The notes under the pieces are model-generated. The model had not been told where the DNA came from. It searched no databases and worked only from the letters and a program-made list of their open reading frames with translations. The position numbers and the translations under genes were made by a program. From assembly GCF_902652985.1 (NCBI RefSeq), contig NC_047018.1, forward strand, positions 31,930,001 to 31,994,000: 64,000 nucleotides of DNA, given 5' to 3'. This document shows positions 1-13,900 of this stretch, piece by piece. Source of the stretch: Pecten maximus (lineage: Eukaryota). Position 1 is the first letter of the stretch, and every line of letters starts with the position of its first letter.

Positions 1-224
1 ACACACAGTTTAATAGGCCTATTTTTTTTAAGACAATGAATTCTGCATTTTTGTTTTCCTTCACAAAATACTAGTTGTATAGTAGAATATCAGGAATGGC
101 AGCAAAAAACAACAGTGCTGAAATACTCATAATTCTTAAATTACAAATATGCCTTCTTGAAACCTAACAGATCTTCAGATAATCTAGATTTTTTTCCCTA
201 TTAGTCTGGTCATGAACTACTCAC

Positions 225-2183
225 CCTGATTTGTTCATTCCTCTCCTTTTTGGCAGCATCTCTGAGCTTCTTGTTTTCAGCCTCCATGAGCCTACGACAT
301 CGACGGTCTGGTGCCTCTCTTGTATCATACTTTTCCACCCACACAAAAGACTTGGCTGTCTGGAAACTTTCCCAGAAGTCATAGAATGGCTTCACCACCT
401 AGATACATCAAGTAAAATAACATGCAATCAAATCTTACTACCTAGTAGAACATGTACAGACTAATATTGTCAGAAAAATAAAGTTACAGTGAACTTCACT
501 ACTGTGAATACAACATTTCCCTTTTGAACATGTTACTCTAATATCATTGCAAATTGTAGATCACAAGAAGTTGTTTAGATAGTTTTAAATCTACTTTCAT
601 GTCATAGATCTACCAACCTGACCCAATTTCTAATGGTTGAGCGTCAAAATGATCAGTTGACTGATGTACACAGTATTAAATCCAAGTATGATGTTACTTT
701 ACAGGTAAAACAAAAACAGTCCTTTATATTGTTTGGTTTGGTTTTGTAATGTTTACCGTCCTATCAACAGCTAAGGTAATTTAAGGAGTTATTCAAGCAG
801 CACACAGGATGAGAAGATGTACCTCAAAAACTGATTGTCCACCTATATATAGCTATACTTCCTGATGTTCTACAACAGAGACTCACTTCTTCATAAGAAC
901 TCTTAGAATTTCCAAATTCTGGAAAATCACAATCACTTTCTCGATCATCCATGAAATGGTAATCTTCTTCAGACAGTTTCTTAAACACATCTAGGTATAC
1001 ACAGTAAAATCCCTGAAAAAGAATCAGAAAAAATTAAATATATACAAATTCCATAAACAATCGTGATCTTATCAGTTATAGGTAACAATTCCATCTTCAC
1101 AAATTACTGTTTTTGTAAGTTTCTCAATAAAAGTATACAAATAATTTTATGCGAGCTGAAACTTACATTTTCATCATCATCAAACCCAGAATAACAAGAG
1201 GAATTGAAGTACTGAAACACATCCATGCTGTCATCTTCATAGTTATCACCATGACCAAGACCTGCAACATACAAAATTGTCTTTGTATAAATCACATATC
1301 ATTTTTAAAATTAAGTCTTTCCATTACTTAGCACTTTAAAGTGATAAACAGAGAAATGTATGGTAGTGTAAATTCTCCTCTCTCAAGTATATACTATCTA
1401 ATCAATAGAACTCTATACTTGAAACACATCAGAAAAAAATGATCCCCCTCTTTTTCATCATAACAATTTCATTAAACTTAACTTTTTATTACATTAAAAG
1501 GTATTCAAACTATAAAAATCATATATAATTACTGCTGGCTTCCTTAGAATATTTTGTTAAACATTAAATAAACTGATTGTGAGATATAGGGACCACACAA
1601 ACTCTGACAGTGATATATACACTCTCTACCCGCTACGTGCCAATTAATGGGAATATCGCAGGAACAATAACCCTGAGTTGAGGACTGATTTACTGATGGA
1701 TAATAAATTATTATCAATATATACAATACCAGTGACAAGTTGAACTGACTTACCTCCCTTGAGTATAGCTTCCCTGTGTTTGTCGTACCATGCACGCTCC
1801 TGTGGGTCACTGAGAACATCATATGCCTGTTGTACTAGTCGGAACTGGGATGTACACTCCTCAACATTGTCTGGATTTTTATCTACAAACGTCAAAGATA
1901 ACATTTAATATTCACTAAACTTAAAGGGCTAGTGCTTATATACATGCCATTCAAATCGATGGACTCTATTGGGTTGAAGCGTAATTAATTGTTAATGTTT
2001 ACATTATATGTGAGCCACAGACAATATAGATGAACATTCTCACACCGTTACTAAAAGCTGACTGCATGTTTTGTAGGTTTGTATACCTGGATGCCATTTA
2101 AGGGCCAATTTTCTGTAGGATTTTTTTAGATCATCTGCACCAGCATCCCTCTCTACACCCAGAACCTGGTAATGACATTTCAT
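225..2183 (-). CDS. DNAJC21: DnaJ homolog subfamily C member 21 (Jjj1-like J-protein), 5' portion; gene continues beyond position 1
   Basis: Phase-consistent GT-AG exons 2183-2087, 1882-1754, 1261-1167, 1012-887, 398-225. They encode [36 protein letters not shown] (J-domain HPD split by an intron), [35 protein letters not shown] and [18 protein letters not shown]...[24 protein letters not shown], the characteristic DNAJC21/Jjj1 N-terminal region. Confidence 0.95.
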
Positions 2184-4093
2184 TTTCGTCTTCCCCTGCC
2201 ATTTCTGGTTTTCTGTAAAAGAACAAAATTCTAAAATCAGTGTTTGATTTATCAAAGAAATATTGGATACAAACCATGGCTATTTCAATCAAAATTCAGA
2301 TTAATTTTTGCGATAGGAACCGGATGGAGAATTAACAAAATAACAAATGTTTTGGTCAAATTATGGATTCTGCATTACCAGTATGGTCAGTTTCAGCAGA
2401 CTACAAATTACTTGGTCATATCTATATAGATGTACACTGTACCTGCACCAACATCCTATCAAAAACATCCTTGATATTAGGGATAATCTTCTGAAGTGCA
2501 TAAGATACCCTGGTATTGTCTGAAAATCTCCAGTATTTCCTGTATACAATTGGTAACTGCTTAGTGTCAAATTAACACAATTAAGGAGATTGCCTGGTTG
2601 TAGCTTATTTGAATAGGCCCATTTAGGGATCACCTTTTATGTATGTTGCCATCAGTGAAATGTAATGTCACAGGTAAATTACAGGTACATTTGCATGAGT
2701 CATCTGTCCCAGTCCCCAGTGATGAGAAATTGATTGCAAAGTCAAAATCGTTTATCGATTATAACTGGAAAGGACTTCTTACGTAGTTAATCAGTTAATT
2801 ATTGGATGACAATTTATTCAAATATCCTATAATATAAATAAATTATCATTTGTTGTCATATTATTTTTTATGTAAATCTAATTCTCATCTCACCTAGGTT
2901 TCACTTATGAATGAAATATGTAAGTAACTGACTGTGACATCTTTATTAGGTATTCAAAGTAGGAAATGGGACTTGTTTAATGTAAAACATAGGGATATTA
3001 GTACTCTTTTGACAATCGATTATGAAAAATTACAATCGTTTATCAGGTGTGTTGATGTTAAATGTCACCCCGACACTACCAGTCCCTGACAACAGAATAG
3101 GTCAGTTGTTTCCTGGTGCATCGTTTTCATTGCTGAGCATGATGGAAGCAATGGTAGCATGAAGTACAATGTTTAGTGACTGGCATTTCAGGGCATGGGG
3201 GTTTTCTCACATGGGCAAACACCCAATTCACAACCAAGGACAAAATAATAACAAAAGTTATAGATGTAATTACTTTTGCGATCAATTTTGGAACCAACAA
3301 TTATTGTCAGTTTGCCAAAAGTAAAACTGACAATAATTGTATGTTGGCTCCAAAATTAATTGGGGTCCCAAAGTTAAGACCCCCTGCAACTTTTTTCGTT
3401 TATACACTGCCATCCAAAATTCCATGAAAAAATAATTATACAGAGTTTTTGATATGTTGTAAACAGACTCTAAATAGCAATTTCGTGAAATGTATTATTA
3501 ATTTGTAAGTGACAATGACAAATCCTTCGGGGGGACCCCACCTTCATGAAGATCAAAGTAAGGTCCGATTTCCCCAATATTTTCAAAAACACATAAAAAT
3601 GGTTTTTTAAACACATGTAGCATAAAATCACAATCTAACTTAATTATCATCCATTAACTACCAATATCACACATCATGAACCGATGAAGAGATCGTTGTC
3701 AACCATGAACTTCACTGAAGGGGAACAAGATCACGTCGCGAGAAAGACAAGATTCATGAAAGAAAATATATTTATGTTGAAGAATATGTGGACCTACAGG
3801 ACAATCTATACATACATTTGTTCACCTTTAAAACATCAGATCTCTTGATCACAGATCTCTTGCACAATCCACACGTTTTCTTATTTCGCCAACCACCGAT
3901 TCCGTCCTCCGTATAAAAAGAGCTGGGCAAGGGAAGTAACTCATAACTTTATTATGCGGGGAAAAACAAATGGTTTTAGCCAGCCATAGTTGTGGACAGT
4001 ATGTCTCACTCTATCCCAAATCTTGGCCTGCCTATTTTTTAATAAACTGTTTGAACATTTCTAGCACACTAGAACTGCCACCTTTGAAGTCGG

Positions 4094-4536
4094 TAAAGCC
4101 CATATCTTATAGGCCTAGTTACAAACTTTAAACGTTAAAGCCCATATCTTATAGGTCCTAGTACAAACTTTAAACGTTAAAGCCCATATCTTATAGTACA
4201 AACTTTAAACGTTAAAGCCCATATCTTATAGTTACAAACTTTAAACGTTAAAGCCCATATCTTATAGTTACAAACTTTAAACGTTAAAGCCCATATCTTA
4301 TAGTACAAACTTTAAACGTTAAAGCCCATATCTTATAGTTACAAACTTTAAACGTTAAAGCCCATATCTTATAGTTACAAACTTTAAACGTTAAAGCCCA
4401 TATCTTATAGTTACAAACTTTAAACGTTAAAGCCCATATCTTATAGTTACAAACTTTAAACGTTAAAGCCCATATCTTATAGTTACAAACTTTAAACGTT
4501 AAAGCCCATATCTTATAGTACAAACTTTAAACGTTA
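4094..4536. repeat. 36-bp tandem repeat, ~12 copies
   Basis: Unit AAAGCCCATATCTTATAGTTACAAACTTTAAACGTT repeated head-to-tail; near-identical copies with no spacers. Confidence 0.95.
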
Positions 4537-5025
4537 TACAAATGTATTCCCTCCAGCCCAGCAAACTGCTGCTGTCCACTTAAAGGTCGTAGTAGTGCAT
4601 GTAACTAGTTAAATGCTCTGATAGCAATGATAATAAAACACATTCTTCAGATTATGTAAGAGATCCAGAGACATGATATTGAGCCTCTAGTATGATGGGT
4701 GTATAGCTATCAAGATTGTTCAAATGAATAACCTTGACCTTCATTCAAGGTCACAGGGGTCAAATATGCGAAAATCTTTAATCATTCATTAGATTTACTC
4801 GCTCTGAAAAAACTCTTTCTTATATTAGGTTTAGCTCTTTGTGGGATTTCTTTTTAGTTTCCTCTACCACTATTCCTGGACAACACACTATCCGATGGTT
4901 TCAGAATATTTATTGGTATTCATATCAAATCCTCCACTTATGATCTTATATGTTTTGACCATATCTCTTCTTATATGCGATATGCAAGTGTTAGTAGGTT
5001 CAATTTGACAAATCGTTGTAGTGTA

Positions 5026-5239
5026 CGCTGTGGTTGCCGAGTGGTTAAGGTGTCCCGACACTTTATCACTAGCTCTCCACCTCTGGGTTGCGAGTTTGAA
5101 ACCGATGGGGGCAGTTGCCAGGTACTGACCGTAGGCCGGTGGTTTTCCTCCTGATACTCCAGCTTTCCTCCACCTCCAAAACCTGGCACGTCCTTAAATG
5201 ACCCTGGCTGTTAATAGGACATTAAACAAAATAAACCAA
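5026..5239 (+). mobile_element. tRNA-derived SINE with V-domain-like core
   Basis: A-box-like GGTTGCCGAGTGG, B-box-like GAGTTTGAAACC, central GGTTTTCCTCCTGATACTCCAGCTTTCCTCCACC, and an A-rich (AAACC) tail. Its 3' part recurs inverted at ~731-788 and ~10374-10430. Confidence 0.75.
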
Positions 5240-5314
5240 GTATGCAAGATCCTTCATTCATGGCAACTGTTTTGTTGACTTTCTCTCGACAACCTTTTCT
5301 ATGCCTTTCATTTT

Positions 5315-6515
5315 TTATGGCGACCAAACAGAGCTTGCAAAATCCAAATGGGTCCTTACCAATGTTTTATATAGAGATATAAGTGTTTGCTTGTCCATAT
5401 GTTGAATAGTTCTCCTGAGCATGGCGAACATGAAGTTGGCCTTATTTAATTTTTCACTTAGATGATCTTCAAAGGTGAGTTTTGAGTCTGATGTTATGCC
5501 TATATCTTTCTCCTTATCTGTTTGTGTCAATTTTATCTGGTTATTTATGGAGTATGAGGTGGGTCCTCCCTTATCAATATCTGGTTATTTATGGAGTATG
5601 ATGTGGGTCCTCCCTTATCAATATCTGGTTACTTATGGAGTGTGATGTGGGTCCTCCCTTATCAATATCTGGTTATTTATGGAGTATGGTGTTGGTCCTC
5701 CCTTATCAATATCTGGTTATTTATAGAGTATGATGTGGTCCTCACTTCTCAATATCTGGTTATTTATTGAGTATGAAGTGGGTCCTCCCTTATCAATATC
5801 TGGTTATTTATGGAGTATGATGTGGGTCCTCCCTTATCAATATCTGGTTACTTATGGAGTATGGTGTTGGTCCTCCCTTATCAATATCTGGTTATTTATG
5901 GAGTATGATGTGGGTCCTCCCTTATCAATATCTGGTGATTTATGGAGTATGATGTGGTCCTCCCTTATCAATATCTGGTTATTTATAGAGTATGATGTGG
6001 GTCCTCCCTTATCAATATCTGGTTATTTATGGAGTATGAAGTGGGTCCTCCCTTATCAATATCTGGTTATTTATGGAGTATGATGTGGTCCTCCCTTATC
6101 AATATCTGGTTATTTATAGAGTATGATGTGGTCCTCCCTTATCAATATCTGGTTATTTATGGAGTATGATATGGGTCCTCACTTATCAATATCTGGTTAT
6201 TTATGGAGTATGATGTGGGTCCTCCTTTATCAATATCTGGTTATTTAGGGAGTATGATGTGGGTCCTCCTTGATCAATATCTGGTTATTTATGGAGTATG
6301 ATGTGGGTCCTCACTTATCATTATCTGGTTATTTATGGAGTATGATGTGGGTCCTCCCTTATCAATATCTATTTATTTATGGAGTATGACGTGGGACCTC
6401 CCTTATCCACATTTCATATATGCACATTTTTGAGGGTGTACTTGAAGGAGCCATTTCTTGCTCCATTCTTCCATATTTTCCAGATCCTTTTGGAGAACTG
6501 TCTTATCCTTTTCAT
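5315..6515 (-). mobile_element. CR1/L2-type LINE reverse-transcriptase fragment, split by a satellite
   Basis: 6515-6405 encodes DKTVLQKDLENMEEWSKKWLLQVHPQKCAYMKCG, and 5545-5315 encodes LTQTDKEKDIGITSDSKLTFEDH...LYKTLVRTHLDFASSVWSP. These are consecutive motifs of the LINE ORF2 RT C-terminal region. Confidence 0.85.
5535..6410. repeat. 43-44-bp tandem repeat, ~20 copies
   Basis: Unit GGTCCTCCCTTATCAATATCTGGTTATTTATGGAGTATGATGTG. Confidence 0.95.
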
Positions 6516-7960
6516 TTTCTATAATTTATCCCATTTTATCCCATGCACTTGAATGAGTAGTTGTGTGGTTTCAAGATTTCACTGATACACTCTGACAATA
6601 AACATGAACTAGGGCAATCTTGAATAGGAAAAACAAAAATAAAACTAAACTACACTTGTACATGTAGAATGTGAGGACAGAGATGGAGGGCCTTGTAAAA
6701 GTAACAACAGCACAGAATGGTCCAATATCTCAGTTTCTCAAGATATACAAACAAATCTAGGTAGGGTTCTTAACCCTATACTTCAGATCTTCACTTGAAG
6801 TTTTATTAGTCCGATACTCTATTGACGGAGTAATTGTGGCCTACACAACTTAAGTGGTACGATAATGTTCATATCAAAAGAAAAGAAAACTTTGAAAACC
6901 TGTTTACTGAATCATGCACAAATAACAAAAAACAAGTACTTTCACATTTCATTCTTTAATCCCATCACAGAATATATCATTACAGAAAACAAGGTGTATA
7001 TGGAGATTTAATAATTCATTCCAACAGAAATTATAACACAGGAGCAAATTAAATAATTGATTATATATAAATATCCCCTCATATTAATTTCAAAATTCAT
7101 TTTAAGACTTGGAAAAACATTTATGATCTCATTTACTGTTATTGTTGGACAGCAGTCCTAATTTGTAATCACAGCCAAATGTATGATCAGTTCCAACTTA
7201 TTTTGAAGTGCTGGCTTGTGATTCATCTCAAAATGGTCCAAGAAACACTATTACTTATTTATAAGTTTCTAAATTTCATTCAAAATTATCATATATAAAA
7301 GATCATGAAGTACCCGTATACTAGAAAGGTGTGCATCACTTTCAAATGTCTCCTTTGCACATGCCCCTATGTACTTTATGAACAGCTAAAGTATGAGCTG
7401 TTCAATTAAATGGAACATTTTAGTTTCTTTCTGAATCAAAAGCTATGCTGTCCTGATTCTGTAACAATTGGACCTAAAATCTTAAATTCATAGCTATAAG
7501 AGTTTCACCTTTGTCTATACCATTGAATAAATAAAGAATATTGACAGTATCAAGTACATAATATTATTGTTTAAGATGTCCAGAGAGTCTGTTCACGATG
7601 CAACATTATGATCCAGTGTAAGCTAGATTGCCTAAACTTGGTGTCTCTGTTTTCATCTTTTCAGAAATGGTTGTCTTTTGTCTTAGTCTGTGATATTGCA
7701 TCCAATTAAGCGCTCTATTAAAAGTGTAAAATCACTTTTTGGTCAGCATTATAAACATAACGTCTCCATTGGCCCAACCATAAAGTGTGCTGTCACATAT
7801 TGGTCTGTCAACTCCTTATAGGAAGATTCTGTTGGCTCCCTTTACCCATTGACTGAAGTTAAGCTTCAGTCTGCCATGATAATGTCTCCATGTGGACTCC
7901 ACTTAATCTCTGGACAGTTCTTATTTTGGGTCTTCCTTGAAGTAGATTTCCATTGGCACC

Positions 7961-10900
7961 CTAAAACTCTGGACTGCTATCCCGTTTCGGTCTACCTTGA
8001 AGGTATGCTTCCATTGGCTCTAATCTCTGCTGTATAATACAATCTGAAAGGCAAAACAATTCAACTATAAATGTAGTTCGTTTTTTCAGACCGACAGATT
8101 TCAGTTATAGCCTTTTACAGTATGAATAATGATATTATGAAGCTAAATTTGTTTCAATTAAACTCCACTGTTTTCAAACACATTATATTTGTTAATAAAA
8201 CTAGGAAGCATTTATGTTACATATACAGTTACAGTAACAGTATTACTGCACAAATTTCTACATAGAAACCAAAGGGCACTTAATCCTTACCCAGAATCCA
8301 GAGGGGCGACACACTTGTCCTGTCAGGATAGAAGTCATTGCCTACAATTATCTGTGCCTTGGACGTAGACATTGTTACCTGTGGTACAAACAAAAATCTT
8401 AAATGAAATAATCAAGTTAAAATTGTTTAATTTTAAGTATTACTAACTGGAACTTTATTTAGGAGATTGGGTGTCTGAGTTGAAGGTTAAGTGTTCTCCT
8501 TATACAGATAGACAGATACCGAAGAAACACCAACTGTGTACTGGTAGTTGACCTTACCTGGCCACCGCAAAGTTTGATGAGAGCAGCCAGATGCGACCTC
8601 GGTGGGGAAGTTTTCTGTGACACGAACATGATGCCTACACCAGAGAACAGTGTTGACTTGTAGTTTTCCTTCAAACTTTCCTTCTGTAGCCGGGCAGCCT
8701 ACAATGGGTCAGGATTATACATACAGAGGTCTATAATTGCATACATGTATTATAAAACATAAAATAACATATATATACACAATGTCAACAGATAGTTCAT
8801 GTTGTGTTTATTAATTGGATTATATAACATCAAAATATAAATGACAAAGAATATTTTTCATTTTCATTGTCTGTGTTTCAAACTAACAATTATGGATACC
8901 ATCAATTATGATGGAGCCCAAAAAGTATCAGCAATTCTGCCCATTATATCAATGTGGTATTTGAAACAAAGGCATTTCAGTGTAGTATTTTGAACAAAGG
9001 TTTTAATAATGCAATAGTGAACAACCTAATAGTTTATGTCTCTAGAGGTTCTCAGACTTTATATTACCAGATAAATCTTTATTACATATTTTAAGTGTGT
9101 AAATTTTTATGCACTAAGGATAATTTCTATGCATCCATTAAATGCCAACATTTCCTCCCTAATCAATAGGTAATATGATAGGTCAATTGTCATATTAGGA
9201 CATAAACATGTTGGTCTTTTATCACATTTAATTGGCAAATGCCCGATGGAAGACACCTATCAGAAGTATTAGTACATTATTTGTATGTAGTAACTTTACC
9301 TTGACAGATGGAAACCATTTGGTCACCTCATACCCTTCCTCTGGTAACCACTGACCGGCATCCAGTGAATCGTAAACCTTCAAATATCAAAGGTAAAATC
9401 ATAGCCTTTTTCTTCTGCATGGTCATTACATCAAATCATAATACATAGTTGCAAAACAAATTTTATTTAATTTTTTATTTGATTTTAGTACTGTAAATCT
9501 TTTAATTGTAATCATCAATAAAGAGAGTTACTGGTCTGATTCACCAGTGTATTCATTCTAATTTATGTAAGCTGTATAACAAAATAAGTATGAATAATTA
9601 CAAGCTTAATAATGCATGACATTTTTAAAATAACCTTTCCACTCAAACAAAATACAAACGGTTCACATGTTTGACAGATAAAGTTTATATTACTGTACAA
9701 GAAAATAATGGGAAAATGTGTTGAAAATAAAACTTGTTCAATACAAAGGCAATGACCTGTAATGACAATGAATGATTTTGCTCCAATCATACTTTTTAAT
9801 TTACACATGGTCCAGTTACAGCAATGCAATACAATGGTGACATGACTTGATTTAATTGTCGACATGGCATTATTGTATTGTTGATGTGACATCATCGTAT
9901 TGTTGGTGTGACATCATTATATTGTTGGTGTGGCATCATCGTATTGTTGGTGTGACATCATCATATTGTTGGTGTGGCATCATTGTATTGTTGATGTGAC
10001 ATCATCGTATTGTTGGTGTGACATCATCGTATTGTTGGTGTGACATCATTGTATTGTTGGTGTGGCATCATCGTATTGTTGGTGTGACATCATTGTATTG
10101 TTGGTGTGACATCATTGTATTGTTGATGTGACATCATTGTTTTGTTGATGTGACATCATTGTATTGTTGCCATGACATCATTGTATTGTTGGTGTGGCAT
10201 CATCCTATTGTTGATGTGAAATCATTGTATTGTTGCCATGACATCATAGTATTACATGTAGATGCTATCTGTCACACACTAGAGGTTGACACAGAAATCA
10301 TACCCTAGGGGTTGACAGAGAAATCAAACCTGAGCTACATATAGGGGGTGACAGAGATATCACACACCAGGGGGTTTGGTTTGGTTTATTTGGTTTAACG
10401 CCCTTTTAACAGCTAAGGTCATTTAAGGACGGCCTCCCGTGTGTGCGACATGCGTGCATGTGGTGAGTGGATAAACTATAATCTTAACTGATGTCTGTTC
10501 AACCATTCTGATCATAGAAGTAATGCCATAAACAAAATGAGTGATACCATATTTATCCACAAATAAGCCCTTTAATTCTTAAATTTTTCAGAATCTTCAA
10601 TTTTAAAATGGTAACCAAAATATGGTTCACAAATCAGACCTTCTCAAACTTCAGAGCTAAAATTTTGCAGTAGAGAGGTGTTAACTTGAGAATAAATAGA
10701 GTAATTTGTAGATGCTACAACATCAATACACACCTCACAGTATGCACCATTATTATCACATGCCTACCCATTTCTGGTGGAGGATCCAGCAGCCCCTAGA
10801 AACGGCATACAACAGGTTGAGGGTACGACGAGGACCACCACATATCACATGACTCGTCGTGTCAGAAACATTGTCAGAGATTACAAATTGCCCAATCTTT

Positions 10901-13900
10901 TTCACAATGGAGATGACCGTGTCCTGTTCACTGGAACACAAAGACAACAGATCATCAGACATGTTCAAGTAGGACATAAACATTTAAAATCAAGGTCAAG
11001 ATGCACCAACATTATAGCTATGAAGAGCTATAAATTAAAGACCTGCTTTTAATCTGTCTTTACTACCTTACAGAACATGCTTAAGACCCAGATTAAATCA
11101 ATTTCTATTTTTTATATTTTGGTAAATTCTTCAATAGTTTGTAGATACCAAAACATGTTATACTGATGTGTCCTTAATCCCTACCGTGTGAAATAAAAGA
11201 AATCAAGCATATTTTCTACAAGTGACGCATACTTACTGCGAGTGTAAACTTGTCATGACAACTGAGGGTCTCTGTGGACTTCGCCTGAAAGAAGATCCTA
11301 CATTCCCATGAAATTTGGATCTTGATTTTTGTGCCCCATCACTATCACTGCTCGACTTGTCACTGTCACTAAACTTCTGCTTGTGTTGGCTTACTGATGA
11401 CTCGGAGAATGCTTTTTTCCTTGGTTTGCTGCATGACTTGATCTTCTTTATATTGAATTCATCAATACTGGGTCTTGGTGGTGCAAAACCAGAAATGGAA
11501 GAAGCCATGGTATCATCCCCAAACACAGTGGACAAGGACATACCGTGTGGACCAGTTGTCTGTAGGGTTGATTCAGTCTGTATATTTGAAGCACTCAAAC
11601 TACTGTCATTTTCTAACATATCCCTCATTATATTTTTGACTGGAGCAGTGTAACTTACTGCCTTATCACTCTCTTCACTACTAGAAAACATGTCATTTGT
11701 CTGTGGATGTATGGAATCAGACCTGCTTCCCTTTCTGGACTTTTTACGAGACTCTTTATCGCCATCATCTGTCGTTACTTTCCTCTTCCGCCCCTTACGC
11801 ACCACATTTCCCGATTCTATAGAGCAACTATCAAGAATGCTTGGTTGTATTTTATCTGATTTCATTGTTGGTTCAATCAGAAATGAGCTAGGCAAATTAT
11901 CTTGCGGCAGTAACATCTTTATCTTTTTTGTGGGGATTTGCTTTCTTTGAGCCTGTAATTTGGCTCTAGTGCTATCATAACCTACTAAAGGAGGATCCAC
12001 ATTACCTGAAGATTCGTCAGAAGAGTCCTCCCCTATGTCATGGACTCCAGTACTTATTTGCTCACAATTGTCAGTTTGACTAGAAAGATTGTTAGAATTA
12101 CAAATAGCCGTCACACTGGCTGATACTGTGTCAGTCTTTGAAACAGAATATTGCTGCTCACTTTCACTGGACTTTCTGGTTGTAGACTGGTTGTCCTGAT
12201 TGATGACACTATCTGGGGCAGTGGTAAAGGTTACAGACTTTCTTTGTCCTCTACGTGAGGCAGGATCAGTTGCTCTTCTTCCACTTGTAACTGCCTCTCT
12301 AGAGGTATCTGATGCACAACTTCTACGTCTACTTGCCTCACCACTGGTCAAGCCCCCTTTGACAAGGGAGGGCTCTGATGCCCTACCCCTACTTGCCCCA
12401 ACTCCTTTCCTGGTCAATCTGTCAGGGGAGGGCTCTGATGCCCTACCCCTACCCCGACAGGCCCCACCTCCTCTACTAGTTACTTTGTTAGAGGATATGA
12501 CATTTGCTTCCCCACCTTTAATACTAGAAACATTCTCAACAACAGGTTTAGTAGCATTACTTTTACAAACCATCGATTTTCTACGTCCCTTTACTGCTGT
12601 TTTGCTATTTCCTTGACCTGGTTCTTTCAGCAGTAGTTCAGACTTTTTCCCAGTACAATCAGACAAATTTTCACCAGTTCTGACAGGAACTATGTCTTGT
12701 TGTCCAATATTTGAGTTGTCAGTATCATTGGAGTTTGTAGGTATGTCACTGGATTCTTCCGTGACATTACTGTCCAGACTGACAGATGTTACAACAAGGG
12801 ACTTCCGACGTCGAGATGATCTGGTAGGCAAATCCACATAATCTTTCTCTGATATTTTTACTGAAGGCATTGATTTGCGGCGATTATTCATCCTCTTAGT
12901 TGATGGTAACTTTGGTGTCTCAAGAGTTTCCAATGTAGCTGCTGTTTGTTTGCTGCGGCCATCATCAACTGCTGTTTTACCTGTTGATTTTGCTCTGTTC
13001 AATGCTAACAGCGGGTCCTCTTCCTCCACATCTATATTGTCTGTAAAGAAATATATATAATAGTACCATTGATTTCCCAAAAATATCACTGTCTTATATA
13101 TAGGTATATTTTCAATCTGATTATATGTTATGAAGATCTTATAGCTTGGCTAAAGAGACAAATCTACATTATCAGTGTTTTGATTATCATTTTTGCATGC
13201 CAGTTACCTTTATAAACTAATGCAAAGAAAAAGCTGAAAAAAATATTGAAGTCACTGATCATGAAAACTAGGTCAAGGACACCCATTTTCATATCTTATG
13301 TAATGTTGATCTCAACTCATGACAACACAATCTGCCAGCTTTGGTTAAAAAAGGTTATAGGTAAGATGAAAAGGAAGAAATTTCAGAGCCATGAAAATGA
13401 AGTGGCAGTAGTATTTGGTGTGATCTGAAGGGAACAAAATATACAATTACATATATAAACTTTATTACTTTATTTTAGAACAATTGCAAAACAAGCTGTA
13501 TATGAATATTTATACAAAAGCATGGTATCTTTTCACCTTTGGTAACTGTCTGCCTTCACATTAATTATGATAATCAATATAAACAATACGATAAACAATA
13601 GAATTATCACTGTACTATGGAAACTAGGCTACAATGACTTATTTACATATATAAATTATGTATTCATTAGTTATTAATTTTTGTGTTTAAGTCATCATAA
13701 CACAAAAAGCTTACATTGATCACTGTATGTCTGAATGTTGACAAGAGACAATATATGGACTTTCAATAATCTTTGAAGCCAGCATTCTGTTGCAACCAAG
13801 TCAAAAAATGTGATCAGTCCGGAAATATGTCAAATGGCACAGACAATTTTTTTCAAAATCAGACACAGCATGACCAGATGCTACAGATTAACCATTGTTA

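Noticed and set aside
3284-3358. Hairpin AATTTTGGAACCAACAATTATTGTCAGTTT / AAACTGACAATAATTG...TTGGCTCCAAAATT as a pre-miRNA
   Set aside because: More simply explained as the centre of a decayed palindromic MITE; no recognisable mature miRNA and no expression data.
11315-13060. Plus-strand ORFs overlapping the large MCPH1 exon
   Set aside because: Antisense shadows of a real coding exon; no recognisable protein features.
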